This document shows positions 8,562-18,117 of a stretch of 40,660 bases of DNA, one piece after another. The notes under the pieces were generated by a model. That model saw only the letters and a list, made by a program, of their open reading frames with translations, did not search any database and was not told the DNA's origin. The stretch comes from Armatimonadota bacterium (GTDB lineage: Bacteria; Vulcanimicrobiota; JACPDS01; JBDRKI01). Every line of letters begins with the position of its first letter. The stretch's first letter is position 1. The translations under genes and the position numbers were made by a program. Where the stretch lies: positions 1 to 40,660 of the forward strand of contig JBDRKI010000031.1 of assembly GCA_043814095.1 (NCBI GenBank), in the 5' to 3' direction.

Positions 8562-10559
8562 ATGTCAATATTTAAACTGCATAAACCCTACCCCCCTCAG
8601 GGCGGACAGCCAAAAGCCATAAAAGCACTCACCGAGGGCATAAAAAAAGATATAAGATTCCAGACCCTTATGGGAGTCACGGGTTCCGGAAAAACATATA
8701 CTATGGCCAATGTAATCGCTAATTTTGACAGGCCGGTTCTTGTTATATCCCATAACAAAACGCTGGCTGCCCAGCTGACAAGCGAATTTAAGGAGTTCTT
8801 CCCCGAGAATGCCGTTGAATATTTTGTAAGCTATTATGACTACTACCAGCCCGAAGCTTATATTCCCCAGACAGACACATATATTGAGAAAGATTCTTCA
8901 ATAAACGATGAGATAGACCGTCTGCGGCATAAAGCCACAACTGCTCTTTTAACAAGGCGGGACTGCATAATCGTGGCAAGCGTATCATGCATATACGGGC
9001 TCGGAAGCCCTGAAGATTATAAAGATACTGTTTTGTCCTTAAAAGAAAATGATAATATTAATACGGATAATATTTTAAGAAAGCTCGTAAAAATGCAGTA
9101 TTCAAGGACCAACATGCTCCTTGAAAGAGGCCAGTTTCGCTTAAAAGGAGAGGTACTGGAAATATATCCCGCTGATGAAGAGAAGATAATAAGGGTAAAC
9201 CTTTTCGGAGATACAATTGAAAAAATAAAGATACTTGATCCGGTAACAGGCAGAATAATAAAAAGCGGCTCGGATAGCTGTATCATACATCCTGCAAAAC
9301 ATTTCATAACACCTGACGACAAACTTGAACTGGCAATTAAAAGTATAAAAAAAGAACTTGAAGAACAGTTAAAATTCCTTAAAAAGCAGGGCAAGGATCT
9401 TGAAGCCCAGAGATTGAAAACCCGCACAGAGTATGATTTAGAACTCCTGCAGAATTTGGGCTACTGCAACGGGATTGAGAATTACTCCAGGCATCTTACG
9501 GGACGCTTACCCGGAGAACCTCCTGCCACTCTGCTTTCTTTTTTCCCTGATGACTTTATTACGGTAATCGACGAATCGCATGTCACGATACCCCAGCTGG
9601 GCGCCATGAGAGAAGGCGACGCATCAAGAAAAAAGACCCTTATTGAGCACGGGTTCCGCCTGCCTTCGGCGGCGGACAACCGGCCTTTATCATTTAATGA
9701 ATTTACATCCCGCACGGGTCAGACCGTATTTGTGTCCGCGACACCCGGAAAATACGAGATTAAACACTCAAAAAAGATAGTTGAGCAGATTATACGCCCT
9801 ACCGGACTTGTAGATCCCGAGATAATAATAAAACCGGTTAAAAACCAGGTTGATGACCTTATAGAAAGAATAAAAGAGCGCACAAAGAAAAACGAAAGGG
9901 TTCTTGTAACGACGCTTACAAAAAAAATGGCCGAAGACCTTTCTTCATACCTTGCTGAGCTGGGCGTAAAGGTAAGATACCTTCATTCGGATATAGACAC
10001 CCTTGAAAGAATCGCCATATTAAGGGAATTGCGCACCGGCAAAATAGAATGCCTTGTCGGGATAAACCTTTTAAGGGAGGGGTTGGATCTTCCCGAAGTA
10101 TCGCTTGTAGGCATACTTGACGCAGATAAAGAAGGATTCCTGCGGAGCCGCACTTCTCTTATCCAGACTATCGGGCGCGCGGCAAGGAATATAAGCGGGA
10201 CTGTTCTTATCTACGCGGATAATATAACGGGCTCCATAAAATCAGCGGTGGAAGAAACATCAAGAAGAAGGCATATCCAGCTTGAATACAATAAAAAACA
10301 CAACATAAAGCCGGAATCGGTAAGAAAAGCAGTACGGGATATACTGGAAACGCCTCTCGAAGAAATAAAGAAGATAACAAAGGCAAGAGAAGGCAAGATA
10401 TCCCCTGACCAGATTAAAAAACTTATAAAAACCCTTGAAAAAAATATGCACGATTGCGCTAAAAACCTGGAATTTGAGAAAGCCGCGGCATTGCGCGACG
10501 AGATATACGGGCTTAAAAGAACCTTAAAAAAAGACCCTTTACTGCCTGAAATAAAATAA
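8562..10559 (+). CDS. uvrB: Excinuclease ABC subunit B
   Basis: [46 protein letters not shown]-terminal UVR domain; ATG 8562 preferred over TTG 8481. Confidence 0.98.
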   Translation: MSIFKLHKPYPPQGGQPKAIKALTEGIKKDIRFQTLMGVTGSGKTYTMANVIANFDRPVLVISHNKTLAAQLTSEFKEFFPENAVEYFVSYYDYYQPEAYIPQTDTYIEKDSSINDEIDRLRHKATTALLTRRDCIIVASVSCIYGLGSPEDYKDTVLSLKENDNINTDNILRKLVKMQYSRTNMLLERGQFRLKGEVLEIYPADEEKIIRVNLFGDTIEKIKILDPVTGRIIKSGSDSCIIHPAKHFITPDDKLELAIKSIKKELEEQLKFLKKQGKDLEAQRLKTRTEYDLELLQNLGYCNGIENYSRHLTGRLPGEPPATLLSFFPDDFITVIDESHVTIPQLGAMREGDASRKKTLIEHGFRLPSAADNRPLSFNEFTSRTGQTVFVSATPGKYEIKHSKKIVEQIIRPTGLVDPEIIIKPVKNQVDDLIERIKERTKKNERVLVTTLTKKMAEDLSSYLAELGVKVRYLHSDIDTLERIAILRELRTGKIECLVGINLLREGLDLPEVSLVGILDADKEGFLRSRTSLIQTIGRAARNISGTVLIYADNITGSIKSAVEETSRRRHIQLEYNKKHNIKPESVRKAVRDILETPLEEIKKITKAREGKISPDQIKKLIKTLEKNMHDCAKNLEFEKAAALRDEIYGLKRTLKKDPLLPEIK

Positions 10560-10588
10560 CACCCGCATACGGCAGGTGTTATTTTATT
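10550..10588. terminator. Bidirectional terminator between uvrB and the response regulator
   Basis: AATAAAATAACACC...GGTGTTATTTTATT inverted repeat. Confidence 0.75.
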
Positions 10589-10627
10589 AATTTGTAAAAA
10601 ATTGTTTAATTGACTTAATTTTATTTT

Positions 10628-11269
10628 TTAAACAACCCAGCCTTTTCTCATGGCCATTGCCACCGCTTGCGTTCTGTCGCTTACTTCCAGTTTCCTGAAG
10701 ATGCTTCTTAAGTGGGATTTAACTGTTTTTTCGCTTATGAAAAGCTGGTCGCCTATATCTTTGTTGGTATTGCCTTCAGATAAAAGCTGTATGAGCTGGA
10801 TCTCCCTGTCAGAAAGCTCTTTCGTATACACACCTTCTTTGGATTTCTGGGTAAGGTCTTTTAAAACTTTCTTGGCCAGAGCGGGTTGAATAAGAGAACC
10901 GCCTCCGCTTACGACTTTAATAGCCCTTAAGAGCTCATCCCTTGATATATCTTTTAAAACATAGCCTGTCGCCCCGTATTCAACAGCCCGCTTTATATAA
11001 TCTTCCTCATCATACATAGAAAGAATAATTACCTCTATATCGGGGTATTTTTTCTTAATTAAGCGGGTGGCTTCCAGCCCGTTCATACCCTTCATTTTTA
11101 TGTCCATAAGGACTATATCGGGTTTAAGCTCTTCAACCATCTCCAGCGCCTCTTTGGCTTCAGACGCCTGGCCTACAACTTCAATCTCCTCTTCCATGGA
11201 TATCATGTTCGCAAAGCCTTCTCTTACGAGAGTATGATCATCCGTAATAAGTACTCTTATTTTTTCCAT
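10628..11269 (-). CDS. NarL/LuxR-family response regulator
   Basis: REC (DDH, LMDIKM, GYVLK) plus LuxR HTH (LSDRE..NKDIGDQLFISEKTVKSH). Confidence 0.95.
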   Translation of the reverse strand: MEKIRVLITDDHTLVREGFANMISMEEEIEVVGQASEAKEALEMVEELKPDIVLMDIKMKGMNGLEATRLIKKKYPDIEVIILSMYDEEDYIKRAVEYGATGYVLKDISRDELLRAIKVVSGGGSLIQPALAKKVLKDLTQKSKEGVYTKELSDREIQLIQLLSEGNTNKDIGDQLFISEKTVKSHLRSIFRKLEVSDRTQAVAMAMRKGWVV

Positions 11270-11306
11270 ATTTTTACTCCTTATTAATGCCTCTTACGGC
11301 ACATTT

Positions 11307-13265
11307 TTATTCGTTTATAATCTCATATGGTATTTTTATTGATATCTTAGTACCTCGATTCTCTTTAGATTCAACGGTAAAAGTGCCATCCAGCATGGCA
11401 ACCCGTTCCCGCATGCCGGCAAGCCCGAAGGAATTTCCCATAAGAATCTTTTCTCTGGTTTTGTCCATATCAAAACCCTTGCCGTTATCTTCTATGTCAA
11501 GTTTTAACGATTTATTCTCAAAGACCATATCTATTTTAACCTTTGTCGCGTCAGAATGCCTGCTTATATTATTAAGCGACTCCTGTACTATCCTGAAAAC
11601 CGACACGGTTAATGCCGACGAAACGTTAACTTTATCAAGATTTGACTTAAAATTAACTTCTATGTTTTTCTCGTTTACAAACCTGTTAACATACACATGG
11701 ATAGCCGATACAAGCCCTAAATCGTCTAAAGATGTAGGACGCAGGTCAAAAATAATCTGCCTTATCTCTTTTACATTGTCCATAATGACTGTTTTTACCT
11801 GCTCCAGCATATTTTTTACTTTGTCGGGATTCTGTGTTACAAGATCAATGCTCATCTGGATCTTGGTTAAAATCCCGACTAAAGACTGTGCTGTGCCGTC
11901 ATGAATCTCCGATGCTATTCTTCTTCTTTCGTCTTCCTGAGCGTATATAAGCTGGGAAAGAAGCTTCTCAATATTCTTCTGGCGCACTGTCGCAAGCTCA
12001 TTTAATAACGCGTTATCGATGGAAATATCAATCTCCGCGGCCACAGTAGATACAAGGGAGGCTTCCTGCGGGGTCAGAGAATGAGTCTCCTTGCTAAAAA
12101 GAATAAAGAATCCCCTTAGCCTGTCTTTTGAATACAGGGGGAAACAGTCCGCGCTCTTGAAACCGCAGCGCTCCAGTTCTTCTAAAAAGGATGATTTTTT
12201 TTCCTTTTCCACGGCACTTGATACGCTCTGGGTATGTTCATCCTGTACCGCCTGTATAAAATTATCGTTTTTATCAAGCATATCTAATTTAAAATCTTCC
12301 GGAAGTCCTATATTCTGTTCCAGAACAAAGTTTTCTTTTTCTTCACTGTAAAGATATACACAGCACCCGGATATAGGAATTATTTTAAGCAGATAGCGCA
12401 TGGCGCCTTCTAATATTTTCCTTAAATCAAGACGCGAATTTAAAAATTTGGATATATCATAAAGAACCGAGAGTTCTTTTACCCGCATATTAAGCTCTTT
12501 TAACAATATACCTTTTGTGTCGGATATTACTTCTTTTTCTTCCATCATTTTTAACATGAAATCCAGACCTGCCGCACCTATGTATTCAATGCCCTTTTCC
12601 TCTATTTTCCCTTTTATTTCCTGATCCGGTGTTTGGTTGGAATCCAGAATTATATTTAAAGTCTGGAGCTTTAGAAGCCTCTGGGGATTATCCGTAAATA
12701 ATATGTTCAGCATTTTTGCAAGCTTAGAGCCTTCGGACTCTATATCAGGGTCCGCGTACCCCAGAATTTGTACTTTAGGATTACCTGACAGGGTTCTTAA
12801 TATATTTATGCCTCTTTTGCCGCTCCCTATAATAGCTATATTAACTAACTCCGTATCAGTTGTTCCGGTACCTGTTTTGTCCTGTTTTATCTCTTTTTTA
12901 AATATCGTCTGGTTTATAAGCTCCACCAGTTTTTTAGTATTAAACGGCTTGGCTACATAATCAACTATATCCTGAGAGTAGCCCTTGCTGATATCTTCCT
13001 TAGTCTGGGAAGCCGTTAACATTATTATGGGAATATTCCTGATTCTGGGATTTGTTTTTATTGCTTCCAAAACCTCCCAGCCGTCCATTTTAGGCATCAT
13101 AACATCCAGAACAATTAAGTCCGGTTTCTCAATTTCTATTTTCTCAAGACCTGAAGCCCCGTCATAAGCGCTGACAACTTCATAATCCTCAAAATTCAGG
13201 TTAATCTCAAGCAATTTAACCACGTTTGGATTATCATCTACCACCAATATCTTGCCTTTTGACAC
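11307..13265 (-). CDS. Hybrid sensor histidine kinase (REC - Rossmann-like - GAF - HisKA_3 - HATPase)
   Basis: ILVVDD/LDVMMP receiver; IAIIGSGKRG; GAF-like segment; ERRRIASEIHD; QESLNNISRH, DNGKGF, GLAGMRER. Confidence 0.9.
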   Translation of the reverse strand: MSKGKILVVDDNPNVVKLLEINLNFEDYEVVSAYDGASGLEKIEIEKPDLIVLDVMMPKMDGWEVLEAIKTNPRIRNIPIIMLTASQTKEDISKGYSQDIVDYVAKPFNTKKLVELINQTIFKKEIKQDKTGTGTTDTELVNIAIIGSGKRGINILRTLSGNPKVQILGYADPDIESEGSKLAKMLNILFTDNPQRLLKLQTLNIILDSNQTPDQEIKGKIEEKGIEYIGAAGLDFMLKMMEEKEVISDTKGILLKELNMRVKELSVLYDISKFLNSRLDLRKILEGAMRYLLKIIPISGCCVYLYSEEKENFVLEQNIGLPEDFKLDMLDKNDNFIQAVQDEHTQSVSSAVEKEKKSSFLEELERCGFKSADCFPLYSKDRLRGFFILFSKETHSLTPQEASLVSTVAAEIDISIDNALLNELATVRQKNIEKLLSQLIYAQEDERRRIASEIHDGTAQSLVGILTKIQMSIDLVTQNPDKVKNMLEQVKTVIMDNVKEIRQIIFDLRPTSLDDLGLVSAIHVYVNRFVNEKNIEVNFKSNLDKVNVSSALTVSVFRIVQESLNNISRHSDATKVKIDMVFENKSLKLDIEDNGKGFDMDKTREKILMGNSFGLAGMRERVAMLDGTFTVESKENRGTKISIKIPYEIINE

Positions 13266-13612
13266 TATATCACTTCCTGCAGCTTATTAATTTTTTCTTT
13301 AAGTTCCAGCATTACAAGCCCCATATTGGCTTTCTTTTCAAGAAACACCGCTAAATACGTGAACGAATCCAGACCTTTTACGAAAAAGTTATAATCTTCT
13401 CCTTCTACATTTAACAGGTCAAAACCTTTCCTGAGCAATCTTGCTTGTGCAATCTGATCAACAAGATTGATCAGGTCCGCCAGACTGGCGGCAAGAAAAT
13501 CCGCGTCTTTAATATCCGCCCATTCCTGTTCGATTATCAAACCGTCTTTCCCGAAAACAACAGCCCCCTTAAACCCGGGTATCCCGCCAAACTCTCTCAG
13601 CTGTTCCTGCAT
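13265..13612 (-). CDS. Roadblock/LC7 (MglB-like) protein
   Basis: IPGFKGAVVFGKDGLII start and ANMGLVMLELK end; 115 aa. Confidence 0.85.
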   Translation of the reverse strand: MQEQLREFGGIPGFKGAVVFGKDGLIIEQEWADIKDADFLAASLADLINLVDQIAQARLLRKGFDLLNVEGEDYNFFVKGLDSFTYLAVFLEKKANMGLVMLELKEKINKLQEVI

Positions 13613-15597
13613 AACGCCTCCGCCGCAAAGCTTTTATCCGCTACTAAAACTCTGAACCCGTCTTTGTCAACACAAACGATAAATTTATAATTGCCGCATT
13701 CCACCATAAACTTTTCTATTGTCTTTATGTTCATTCTTATGAAAAAACCAATAGCAATATTATATAATTCAAGTATAAATTCCTTTATCTGTTCCAGATT
13801 AAAATCTTCCGTTACCTGAACTTCTTTAACCGATCCCTTTGAATCCATAAGAAAGGTTCCTTTAACGCCTTTTAAAGCTATAATTTCATTATTAATATCA
13901 GGAATAATTTTTATTTTTCTGTTTTTATTTAATAAAAGAACGGCCATCTCCCCTGCAGGATAAAGCATTAAAGTTCTATCTTTTATGTCAAAATAAAAGC
14001 GCCGGACCTCGCCCGCGTCAAAATGGCGGGCTATATCTAGAGAGACGGAAATAACTTCACTTATATAGGGGACTATTTTTTCAGTCTCCTGCTCCATATC
14101 AGCCGATGAGCTGTACAAACCGAGCCCTGATAAAAAATCTATTACCGAACATCCGAATGATTTAATTTTATCAAATTTCTTTAATTTGTTTTTCACACCT
14201 GATAAATCTGAATTTATCATGTCGTCAAAAATAAATCCCGCGATCTCCTCGGCTTTATAATATTCTTCCAACAAACCTTTCTCATCGGATATGACTTTTT
14301 TATATACCGGGGCTTTAACTTGATTTATTTCTTTTGGGAGTTCAGGTTTAAATTCATGTATGATTTTCTCTTCTTTTACAACCTTTTCCGCGCCTTTTTC
14401 GGAAGATTCTTTCAAAAATTGGTTAATATAAGTTAGAAGTTCCACTTTTGTGCAATTTGTAAAAATGCTTATCAGCTCTTTTATATTTTTTACGCATGCA
14501 TTATCTAATACTTCCGTAATATTATTATAAAATTCATCCCAGCTGGTATAAACCGCTATATTTTCTTCGTTTTTATTTTTTAAAAAATATTTAACCGCGG
14601 GGGGGGGCTCGCTTAATGAAAAAACAGCTCCAAGGTCGGCTTTATAAAACTGCTTCTTGCTCATAAAATAATACAGGTCGGCAAGATCAAGTTCTTCTTC
14701 TTTTATCTGGAGCAGGATTAATTTAGACTGATAATTTATAATTAAATCAAGTGAATTTCTCTCTGTTTCTTCTTTATAAAATACTTTTAAGTCTCTTTTA
14801 AGGTTATTATGCAGGTAAGCGGCTATGATAAAGCCGGCCCAGAAATTTTTCCTGGCAAATAAGGCGCCTGCGTCTGTCATTGTAATAAACTGATTTATTT
14901 TTTCCTCATCCAGCATCCTGCCGCATGAGAAACATTTAAAACCGCGGCCATGGGACTCCTCTATTATATCGTAAGAAGAAACGCGTATAATCTGGGCTTT
15001 GGTTTCCGTACAGAAAACAACATACTCCCTTTTTATAAGGCCGTGTTCTTCAAGTTTTTTTAAAATTTCTTCTAGTTTTTCACCGTCCGTATTTTTAAAT
15101 TCATTTATCCATATGCCTTCTTTTATCTGTTCAATTACGCATCTTACATCTTCATCTTTAAGTTCATCCGCGATTCTAAGCTGTTCTTTGTTAAGATCAA
15201 ACGGATGGGTTTCTTCTTTGACATACTTAAAATAAGGCGATTCCTCCGTTCCTTCAAACATAATATTATTGCGAATATCAGAGGATAGTACATTTCTTAC
15301 ATCATCTTTAAACGGTTCAAATCCGGTGCCTATTCGTTCATCTAAAGAAAAAGTCCCTATTTCCAGATAATCATAATCTTTAGAAAAATAATAAAAATTA
15401 ATATTCTTGCCGTCTAAAAGAAATAAATCGGCATCTCTTTCAATCCCGTCATTAATATCGCTTATTCCAAACTCCGACAGGTATTTTCTTTTTAGATCCG
15501 CAAGCAGTGAATGATGCTTTTTGTTAAGATACCGGCTTAACTTATATTTTGTTTCTTTGCTTAATTTCTCTTTTAAGCAAAGACGCTTTATATCCAT
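13597..15597 (-). CDS. Multidomain protein: wHTH/Zn-ribbon, PD-(D/E)xK-like domain, tandem Roadblock-like domains
   Basis: 666-codon ORF with GAGGT SD; C...CxxC; LDLII-x-LILLQIK; two C-terminal Roadblock-like repeats (domain calls by eye). Confidence 0.6.
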   Translation of the reverse strand: MDIKRLCLKEKLSKETKYKLSRYLNKKHHSLLADLKRKYLSEFGISDINDGIERDADLFLLDGKNINFYYFSKDYDYLEIGTFSLDERIGTGFEPFKDDVRNVLSSDIRNNIMFEGTEESPYFKYVKEETHPFDLNKEQLRIADELKDEDVRCVIEQIKEGIWINEFKNTDGEKLEEILKKLEEHGLIKREYVVFCTETKAQIIRVSSYDIIEESHGRGFKCFSCGRMLDEEKINQFITMTDAGALFARKNFWAGFIIAAYLHNNLKRDLKVFYKEETERNSLDLIINYQSKLILLQIKEEELDLADLYYFMSKKQFYKADLGAVFSLSEPPPAVKYFLKNKNEENIAVYTSWDEFYNNITEVLDNACVKNIKELISIFTNCTKVELLTYINQFLKESSEKGAEKVVKEEKIIHEFKPELPKEINQVKAPVYKKVISDEKGLLEEYYKAEEIAGFIFDDMINSDLSGVKNKLKKFDKIKSFGCSVIDFLSGLGLYSSSADMEQETEKIVPYISEVISVSLDIARHFDAGEVRRFYFDIKDRTLMLYPAGEMAVLLLNKNRKIKIIPDINNEIIALKGVKGTFLMDSKGSVKEVQVTEDFNLEQIKEFILELYNIAIGFFIRMNIKTIEKFMVECGNYKFIVCVDKDGFRVLVADKSFAAEALCRNS

Positions 15598-15727
15598 AAA
15601 TACCTCTTAACCGTTCTTCAGACAAAAATAGTTAATTATATATAATATTACTATATTATATAAGAGCTTAAACAGTTACATTAGTCAAAAAGGCATTTTT
15701 TCCTGCTAAACTCTGTTTTTCATTCAT

Positions 15728-15768
15728 TCCGGAAAACACTTGAAAATATCCGGAAAACATAGTATAAT
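15728..15768 (+). promoter_or_regulatory. sigma70 promoter overlapped by TCCGGAAAACA direct repeats
   Basis: TTGAAA(15740)-17-TATAAT(15763); repeats at 15728-15738 and 15749-15759. Confidence 0.7.
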
Positions 15769-15821
15769 CAGAAAAAACTACCAAATCAAGCCGTCAAAAC
15801 ACAAAATCGGAGGCAGAAATT

Positions 15822-16736
15822 ATGAATTTTATAAGAAATTCCAAGTTTGTACTGGCCGCAACATTGCTGCTTATTATAACTACTGCAGCAGTATTTGCAG
15901 CCGGCTCACCCTCGGTATACCTTAATGACACAAAGGTTAATGTAACACCCGTAGTTAAAAACTATGTTAATTACCTTTCAATAAAAACATTATCCTCTCT
16001 TCTGCAGACTAAAATACAGTATACCTCGCCTGCAAACTGCGTAAAAGTAAACGGTGAAATCGTAAGGCTAAAAGCCGACCCCATAACAAGAGGAGGGCAA
16101 ACTTACCTGCCAGTAGCTTCAGTGGTAAAGGCCGCCGGCGGCACTGTTTATTATGATGCCAGCACAAACGCGTTAAGAATAAACTGCCCTGACAAGGCAT
16201 CTACTTCTTCTACTTATGAAAAAACGGAAGTTATAAAAATAAAACCCGTTGACGGAGATGAAGTTGTCGCAACCGAAACTATCATAATCAAGAAAACGAC
16301 CGAAACAAAACAAACAACCACCACCCAGGAAACCTCTTCCAAAGATGATGATGAAGATGATGAATCAAAGCCCTTCATACCCAGAAGCGCTTCAAATGAT
16401 GTGTTTAAAGTCACCGTAACAAACATGGAAGTCGCCCAGATGGTAAAGGGAAATTACTCGGCAAAACCAGGTTTTAAATTCGTGGTTGTTTACTTCTCAC
16501 AGCATAATATCTCAGACCAGCTCCAGACTTATCTGGGCAGGTTCCGCCTTAAAGATGATCAGGGTAAAGAATACGGATGGATAACCGGTTTAAGCAATAT
16601 ATGGGTAATAGCATTAAAACCTGGCGGGACAAATTTCGGATATCTGGTATTTGAGATACCGGCTTTCGCGTATCCGGAAGAATTATATCTTGATCTGGAC
16701 AGCAAACCTTCAATATCGGTAAGCCTTAAAAAATAA
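15822..16736 (+). CDS. Exported protein: copper-amine-oxidase N-terminal (stalk)-like domain, Thr/Asp-rich linker, DUF4352-like domain
   Basis: Signal peptide; GQTYLPV..V..A.GGTV.YD; KPGFKFVVV..F.LKDDQGKEY..GYLVFEIP. Confidence 0.7.
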   Translation: MNFIRNSKFVLAATLLLIITTAAVFAAGSPSVYLNDTKVNVTPVVKNYVNYLSIKTLSSLLQTKIQYTSPANCVKVNGEIVRLKADPITRGGQTYLPVASVVKAAGGTVYYDASTNALRINCPDKASTSSTYEKTEVIKIKPVDGDEVVATETIIIKKTTETKQTTTTQETSSKDDDEDDESKPFIPRSASNDVFKVTVTNMEVAQMVKGNYSAKPGFKFVVVYFSQHNISDQLQTYLGRFRLKDDQGKEYGWITGLSNIWVIALKPGGTNFGYLVFEIPAFAYPEELYLDLDSKPSISVSLKK

Positions 16737-16746
16737 TATTACCATA

Positions 16747-16781
16747 TTTAAAAGAGCTCCGTTCTCCGGGGCTCTTTTAAA
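16747..16781. terminator. Bidirectional terminator
   Basis: TTTAAAAGAGCTCCG-ttctc-CGGGGCTCTTTTAAA between convergent genes. Confidence 0.8.
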
Positions 16782-16798
16782 TTCATTTCATTATATAT

Positions 16799-18106
16799 CT
16801 ATATTTCATCCAGATTTTTTAATTCAACGCCCTTATAATAAAACTCAACTATATCTTCCGTGCAGGCGCCCATATCCGCCAGCTTTAAAGCGCCTACCTG
16901 GCATAATCCGACACCGTGCCCCCATCCGCTTCCATGGATTTCAAAAACATCCCCTTTTCTGTCCGTTATATCAAAGGCTGTACTGTAAAGTATCCTTTTT
17001 ACTCCTTTATCGTCTTTAAATGCCATAACCCAGCGCATTTTGTTTCCCCTTATAAGGATATTTCTGCCGGGTCCTGTAATCTGCAGTTCCAAATTCCTGC
17101 CGTCTTTGCTTTTTGAGAGCACCTTAACATTATCTATGCCTCCCATCCTTTGCGAACTGTGCTTGGGGAGGTTTTCGGATATCTGGTCTTTATCAATCAA
17201 AATCTTCCATTTATAATATTTAGAACTGCTGCATAAAGACTCTGACAGAAGTTTAATTCCTGCATTATCCAGCTTATTCTTCTTTTTAAATTCATCATAT
17301 TTATCTTTATCTTTTTCTTTCAAAAAAGCAAGAAAACCGCTTAAATCGCACTTTACGGAAGAAAGATGAGTTACTGGCTTCCCGCCGAAAACATCACTGC
17401 TGGCGGCGGTAGTCCCGCCGCAGGTGGAATGGTAGCACAAATTTTCAGCCAGACGCCCGTTATAAGCTAATATCAAGCCATTTGTTAAATCCACGGAGTC
17501 ATTCATTATATCTTTCTCTATGTCATAACCGACATAAGACTGGTCTCTTAAGTCATCGTACACGTCAAAATCCTTATCTTTATTCTTAACCATCTTATGC
17601 ACGGCAAAAGTTCTTGATATAACCGCCTGTACTTTCGCCGCTTCCGCATTTTCGGTATACATCTCTTTTGGGAGAACCCCGTAAAGATATTCCGACAGCT
17701 TTACGCAATTTACAAGCCTAAAATAATTTTTCCCGGGATTTAAGACAACAGATCCCCTGTACTGCTTCCCCCTGAACTTAAGCTTCCCGTCTGCCTCTCC
17801 CGAAAAAATTTCAACAGGTTTATCTGAAATTAAAATACTCTTATCATTATCATCAAACAGTTCAACTTTATCTTTATTAACCACTGCTTTTATTTCCGGG
17901 CCGGGGATTTCTCTTTCTTTGCCGTCTGAGGTAACAACAAAACCGGCGGAAGACGAAATAACACACTCTGAAAGCGAATCCCCTATCAAAACCCTTATAA
18001 TCTTCTCATCAGGGCCTGAGGCATATAAAGCCGCATTCAATATTAAAGCAAACACAAAAACAAAAACACAACTAAGTATAATTTTCTTTTTTAAAAAACC
18101 GTTCAT
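16799..18106 (-). CDS. SpoIID/LytB-domain protein
   Basis: YRGSV, EYLYGVLPKEM, KVQAVISRTFA, YHSTCGG, GWGHGVGLCQVGA. Confidence 0.92.
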   Translation of the reverse strand: MNGFLKKKIILSCVFVFVFALILNAALYASGPDEKIIRVLIGDSLSECVISSSAGFVVTSDGKEREIPGPEIKAVVNKDKVELFDDNDKSILISDKPVEIFSGEADGKLKFRGKQYRGSVVLNPGKNYFRLVNCVKLSEYLYGVLPKEMYTENAEAAKVQAVISRTFAVHKMVKNKDKDFDVYDDLRDQSYVGYDIEKDIMNDSVDLTNGLILAYNGRLAENLCYHSTCGGTTAASSDVFGGKPVTHLSSVKCDLSGFLAFLKEKDKDKYDEFKKKNKLDNAGIKLLSESLCSSSKYYKWKILIDKDQISENLPKHSSQRMGGIDNVKVLSKSKDGRNLELQITGPGRNILIRGNKMRWVMAFKDDKGVKRILYSTAFDITDRKGDVFEIHGSGWGHGVGLCQVGALKLADMGACTEDIVEFYYKGVELKNLDEI

Positions 18107-18117
18107 ATCATACCTTT

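Noticed and set aside
15639-15662. TATATAATAT/ATATTATATA inverted repeat
   Set aside because: Pure A/T low complexity; expected by chance in this intergenic DNA
2046-18106. Sporulation locus suggested by two SpoIID genes
   Set aside because: SpoIID/LytB domains are widespread in non-sporulating bacteria and no other spo genes are present
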